From: Neophaeotheca triangularis
Taxonomy: Eukaryota
Assembly (NCBI GenBank): GCA_054600435.1
Contig: BAAIJX010000028.1
Span: 1-64,000, forward strand
Length of the DNA: 64,000 nucleotides
Direction: 5' to 3'
Shown piece by piece: positions 59,321-64,000 of this stretch. The notes below the pieces were generated by a model that saw only the letters and a program-made list of their open reading frames with translations, ran no database searches and was not told where the DNA came from. Every line of letters begins with the position of its first letter. The first letter of the stretch is position 1. A program made the translations under genes and the position numbers.

Positions 59321-61652
59321 TTACACACCGCTATCGTGTACCTCCCTAGGGGTCTCATGGGCGTAGGCGTTGTAATTCATGCACACATCGTCCATCTTGC
59401 AGCTGTTCTTGATCGTAGCCGGTATGCCTTCGATGTTCTCGATGATCTGCAGAGCGAAACCCATCGCTACGTGCCAACCTAGAAGTCGCGTTAGTACGAT
59501 GACTGTTTCCGCAATCCCATGTGCTTGACTCACCAATGTGGCAATGCATCAGCCAGACACCAGGGTTGTCGGACTTGAAAGCCACGACGAGGTAGCCACC
59601 TAGCCCGTTCATGGGATCGGCGGGCATGATGGCGACGTCTCTGCGTGGGGGGTTCTTCAAGTTGAGAGGGATGCTGTCGTCGTAGCGACCGACGCCCTGG
59701 GCCAAGACGAAAACGTCATGGCCGTGGAGATGGATTGGATGAGGCGTAGGGATGAGCGAGTCGATGATTACGTAGATCCACTTGCCGAGCTCGGGGACAG
59801 AGATGTCGAGGTTGCCAGAGTAGCCCGGGATAGTGCCATTGTCGTTGATGGATTTGAGCGACGGGTTGCCCCACTCAGAGAGGAAGGTCGTGCCGTCGAG
59901 AGTCCACTTGAAAAGGGAGGGGTCTTCAGACCAGGCGCCTATAAGTACGTCCTTCTCGATCTCCTGGTAATCTGGGCCTACATCCATGGAGACGATTGGC
60001 ACGAGGCTCTCCATCGGCTCGTCGACGCATTCTTCTTCGTATTCGCGCGGGGAGGTAGTTGGAGTGGAACGATCGCCGCCGACGTAATGAATGATACCCT
60101 TGATATCTCGAGGATACTTGACTTCAGCGCAGATGTTTTGACTGTCAGAGCGCATCCAGTAGTCTCCGACTGGCTGGTCAGCAGTTACGAGGACGTCGTA
60201 GCGTTCACCAATGTGGATATTCAGTATGTCGGTCTCGTAAGGGATTATGGGCACAAAGTCGGCGCTGATCACCAAGAGTTTATGACCTGGGCATGTTAGC
60301 CTCTACTGTACCGCAGCATTATCGGGGGAGCTCTTACCGTCGATGTGGAACTTAAAGACGGACTGAATCGCTGCGTTGAGTACTCGCAGCAGGTAAGTCT
60401 TGCCAGGCTCAAAGTCCATCTCGAAACGCTGGCCGACCTGGTCTTCGGCGTCATCATGGCCCCACACGTTCATGCCATTGATGAGACCAGTGTCGAGCAC
60501 TCGAGGCCCGTTTTCCGGCATCATGCCGGCGTGCGCGATGGCCTGGTACATTTCATCGGCGGTAGCGTGACTCCAGTCTTGAAGGATCATGTGGCCGGCA
60601 TCGACGTCGTAGGGCATGTGCTCTGGCCCGTGGATAATCATTGGCCCGAAAACCCCGTTGTAAGTCTGCAGAGCATAGTGCGAATGCCACCAACTTGAGC
60701 CAAAGCTTGTTGCAACGAATCGATAGGTCATGGAGTCTCCAGGAGCGATCGCGCATTGAGTCAAACTGCTGACGCCGTCCATTTCATTGGTGTAGTGTTG
60801 ATGAATCCCATGCCAATGCATGGATGTTCCATTATTCTCTAGTGCGTTGTGCACGTGGACCACAATGGTGTCGCCCCAATTCGCCTCGATCAAGGGCCCG
60901 GGGAACTGGCCGTTCACGGTCAACGCGATGCGAGGGACGCCATTTGGGGCGACAGTCTGGTTGCCAACGACGAAGTCGTACTCAACGGTCCTGCAAGTTT
61001 TGGGCGTCATGTTGTAGATGTTGTCCTCGATGGTGTAGCCGCAGAAGGCGTTGGGGTCGTCCCCAGGTTGTCCTTCGCAGGGAACGCAAGCTTCGTCGGC
61101 CTCTTCAGGTTTGCTGCAGGTGGCAGTATCACCATCGGTGGGGTGAGGGAGGCCATTTCCATGATCTTCAGGAGGACCTTGTTCTTCGGGGGGTCCTTGT
61201 TCTTCAGGGGGGCCGTGTCCCGATGGTTGATCCTTCGCGGGAGGCCCCATGTTCTCCGCAGTCGACGTAATACTAGGCGTCTCCATCGGCGTTTCGAAGA
61301 CCCTATCAGGGGTAGAAGCCTGATCAGTTGGATAGGTGTGGGCTGAGGAAGGAGGGGTGTAATCTGGTGTGGATTCCCCAGAGGGCATTGGATAGTCGGT
61401 CGAAGTGGCAAAAATGTTTGTGCTGGTCGGGCAAACAGTTATGGTGGAATCGAACGTAACGGTAGTGGTAGATTTGGGAGCACATGCGGGTTTACTAGCC
61501 GGACTTTCGGTCGTTGCGCAGACTGTTCTGGTAGAAGTCACCGTCACAGTAGGGGTGCGATTGCAAGAAAGGTCGTTTTCTTCGGGGTTGCTTTGACTGG
61601 AGACTGCAAATGCAACACCAGCCAACGCGGCGAGGGACCATGCGGTTCTCAT
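59321..61652 (-). CDS. Secreted laccase / multicopper oxidase (AA1) with long N-terminal Ser/Thr/Pro extension; exons 61652-60338, 60286-59534, 59478-59321
   Basis: HWHG, WWHSH, HPIHLHGH, HCHIGWH copper motifs; C-terminal DSGV; signal peptide. Confidence 0.95.
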
Positions 61653-63672
61653 GATTAGTAGTGACTGTAGCGGTATCGCTGTCGTTGACTGTACCAAGAG
61701 GGAATAAGGAAAAATGAACGACGTAGAAGGAAAGAAAATCGATAGGACGACCAGCTCGAAGGTAATGAGGCGTGCACAGTATTAAGGACGTAAGCGACTT
61801 TACCTTGAGATACTTAGTGCTTCAGGTGGATGTTATGGAGATCCGGGGACATGGGTATGGCGCTGCCTGTAGGGGCGCGAGCACTAGCCTAACCTATTCC
61901 TTTCCCTACTTCGGATAAGTCGTCTAATGCCCTTGAAGGACAGACGCCACGACGATTCGGATAAGCGATGTTTCCAAGGAGCTTAGAGGTTTTGCATCGT
62001 CGGGGGGCCGATGATCAAACAGCTTGTGTGGTTGTCTTTACGCCTGTAGCCCGCTGATACGGGTGAAGGATTCCCGTTCTATGCATAGCAATGTTGAGAT
62101 GAGTGATATCAAGGCTACTGCCGTGGCGAAGTCTTGGAGAGTGACGCTGAAAGGCCGCGTTTGTCCGTAATGGTAGATTGTGTCTTCGGAAGTGAAGTGC
62201 AAAAGGCGTCGAAGGACGGGAAAAGGAGTTGTCGGGAGGAATGTGTTTAAGCTCGCCAAGTGACCCAACGGCGCGCCCATCCCACGGGGTCGGTGCAAAC
62301 TCTGGTTTCCCCTGAGCTGGAACATGTTCAAGATGCAAGACGGAGTTCGAGATGACGGTAGGCGACAAGACAAGTTCATGAACCGGCCGAATTTGACCGA
62401 CTAGTTCGACCCATCGGCTCATGCACGCACTCTCTAGAGCATTAAAACCTTGCCGTGATGCGAGGTGAGTCGCGTATCGATTTTCCAGTGGCGATGTCGC
62501 TGGGCGTAGTATGCTTTGCTTCGGATGCTAACAAGTACTTGCATGCAAGAATAGCTGCAATGTTGGCAGACTTCCACATCAGGATGTCACACGCTGACAG
62601 CTTTGTGCTGGTCTGGTAAAGGGTCGCTAAGGACGAGTTGAAGTGGCAAGACCGAGAACGAGCAGTGCCGAGCGGCCGAGAGTGTTGTGCTGGATTCGTG
62701 CTCCTACTGCCGACCGAGATTGCTGGCCGCCTGTTTGTTTCAGTCGACACCACCGAGTGAAGGTTGAAATAACGTTAAGTAGGTGGCGGGCTAGGGGTCG
62801 GACATTCAAGCGGAGATCCCGCCTGTCGGTCTTAACTTAGCACCTGCAGAATAGTAGTACTATCTCGTCTCCTCCCGAACCTGTAGCGAGCATCACAAGA
62901 CACCCAATCAATCCAATTAATGAATTCAGCGTTGCCTTCATTCAACAATGAAAATGTTTAATAATGCTATCCGGATACGCCCGGTGCGGAGACAGAGTGC
63001 GGAGAAAAAGTTGACCGAACGCGAGATCCAAAGTGTCTGCATGGCGCTAGTGAGTTGGCATGCATGAACATCTACTACAACTTTGCGGTGTATTCCAAGG
63101 TTCATGTGCGTTATCTGCGAGGTTTCGAATGTCCGAGAAGGTTGTCTGACAGGCCGCTCACGTGGCTATACAAGGTCGAGAGTACGCTCGCCAAGAATAG
63201 ATTGGGACTGAGAAAATGGACGTTCGAACCTCACTTTGGAATTGAAAAGCGAGGCCGGCCAAGTCCGTGTTGTAAGCCACGGGCATTTCCAGCTAGCCGT
63301 GATAGGTAGAGTATAGGAACAGAAGAAGATCAACGTCCCACGAATCTGGCCTTTGACGAATCGTGCCAGAAGACCAATACTTTGTGGGTCGACGAATCCG
63401 GAAAGGCGTCCACGTGGTGTCTATCACAGAGCTCGATTGACAATTCCCATGCGAGCGCGTAAGAGAAGCCGAATCTTTCAATATCGAGGAAGCTCAATGT
63501 AGAGAGAGCATGCGAGCAAGAATCTTGAAGCCGATCGTTTCAATGGCCGGAGTATCACAGATCACTGCACCAGCTAAAGCTGTCCGACCGGACATCACAG
63601 CATTCCAAATATGTACACATCGTTCATCAAATGACATAAAACCGGCGTTCTTTCTCCATCCCATACACTTCC

Positions 63673-64000
63673 CTAATACGACATGGCATCCTCAAACAAC
63701 CCTCTCAACTGCTCCCTCTCCTCCTGTCCTCCAGAGGCGTCAAGATTCGGCGCCAGCATCAAAACTCTTGCCTGAGGGATCGTTCCCTCGACAAGTTGAT
63801 CAATATGTCCCGAGTTGAACCCCAAGTCTTTCAATCCCCTCGGTTGATCGCCCAAATCCACCAAGAACTTCGCCAGAGCCTCTGCCAAAACCTCCCCAGC
63901 GCTTTCTTTCTTGACTTGGCTAATGTCTACGCCAAAGCACTCGGCTGCTGCTAGATGGCGCTCGGGGTTGCTTGCGCCTGTGAAGCGGAAAACTGCTGGA
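63673..64000 (-). CDS. 3' end of hydroxyacid-oxoacid transhydrogenase (ADHFE1/HOT, Fe-ADH family); continues beyond the window
   Basis: PAVFRFTGASNPERHLAAAECFG...PRGLKDLGF...LVEGTIPQARVLMLAP. Confidence 0.85.
   Translation of the reverse strand, partial: PAVFRFTGASNPERHLAAAECFGVDISQVKKESAGEVLAEALAKFLVDLGDQPRGLKDLGFNSGHIDQLVEGTIPQARVLMLAPNLDASGGQEEREQLRGLFEDAMSY

Noticed and set aside
1..64000. Intact transposon, Starship captain or secondary-metabolite backbone gene
   Set aside because: No RT, integrase, DDE, tyrosine recombinase, PKS or NRPS motifs in any ORF

Overview
Fungal (filamentous ascomycete, Pezizomycotina) nuclear DNA with short spliceosomal introns (GT/GC-AG, CTRAC branch sites). 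Finer taxonomy cannot be called from sequence alone. About 24 protein genes can be modelled. Housekeeping genes: COQ5, branched-chain ketoacid dehydrogenase E1-alpha, MED7, a PAP2 lipid phosphatase, KAR2/BiP, an MFS sugar porter, LAMTOR1/Ego1, an F-box protein, an ArfGAP, a Bet1/Sft1-type SNARE, YSC84/LSB3 and the 3' end of a hydroxyacid-oxoacid transhydrogenase. Two orphan-gene islands (about 8.2-14.8 kb and 32.3-39.4 kb) share upstream motifs. There is also a large secreted PAN/apple plus tandem-repeat protein, tandem-repeat clusters with RIP-like variants (1-1.3 kb and 45.4-46.3 kb), and an accessory-looking block (48.5-61.7 kb) holding a multi-TM protein, an SDR, a Cys-rich TM protein, a GT34, an aspartic-protease-like gene and a laccase. 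Best leads: a compact multi-hairpin RNA-like element with a Pol III B-box at about 50.43-50.53 kb; three genes that each carry one clean disabling lesion (in-frame TAG in a polyQ tract, in-frame TAA, and a frameshift centred on a 14-bp palindrome); and a GC-AG intron after a 27-nt exon. No intact transposon, CRISPR array, rRNA or convincing tRNA was seen. All gene models were spliced by eye and no database search was run.
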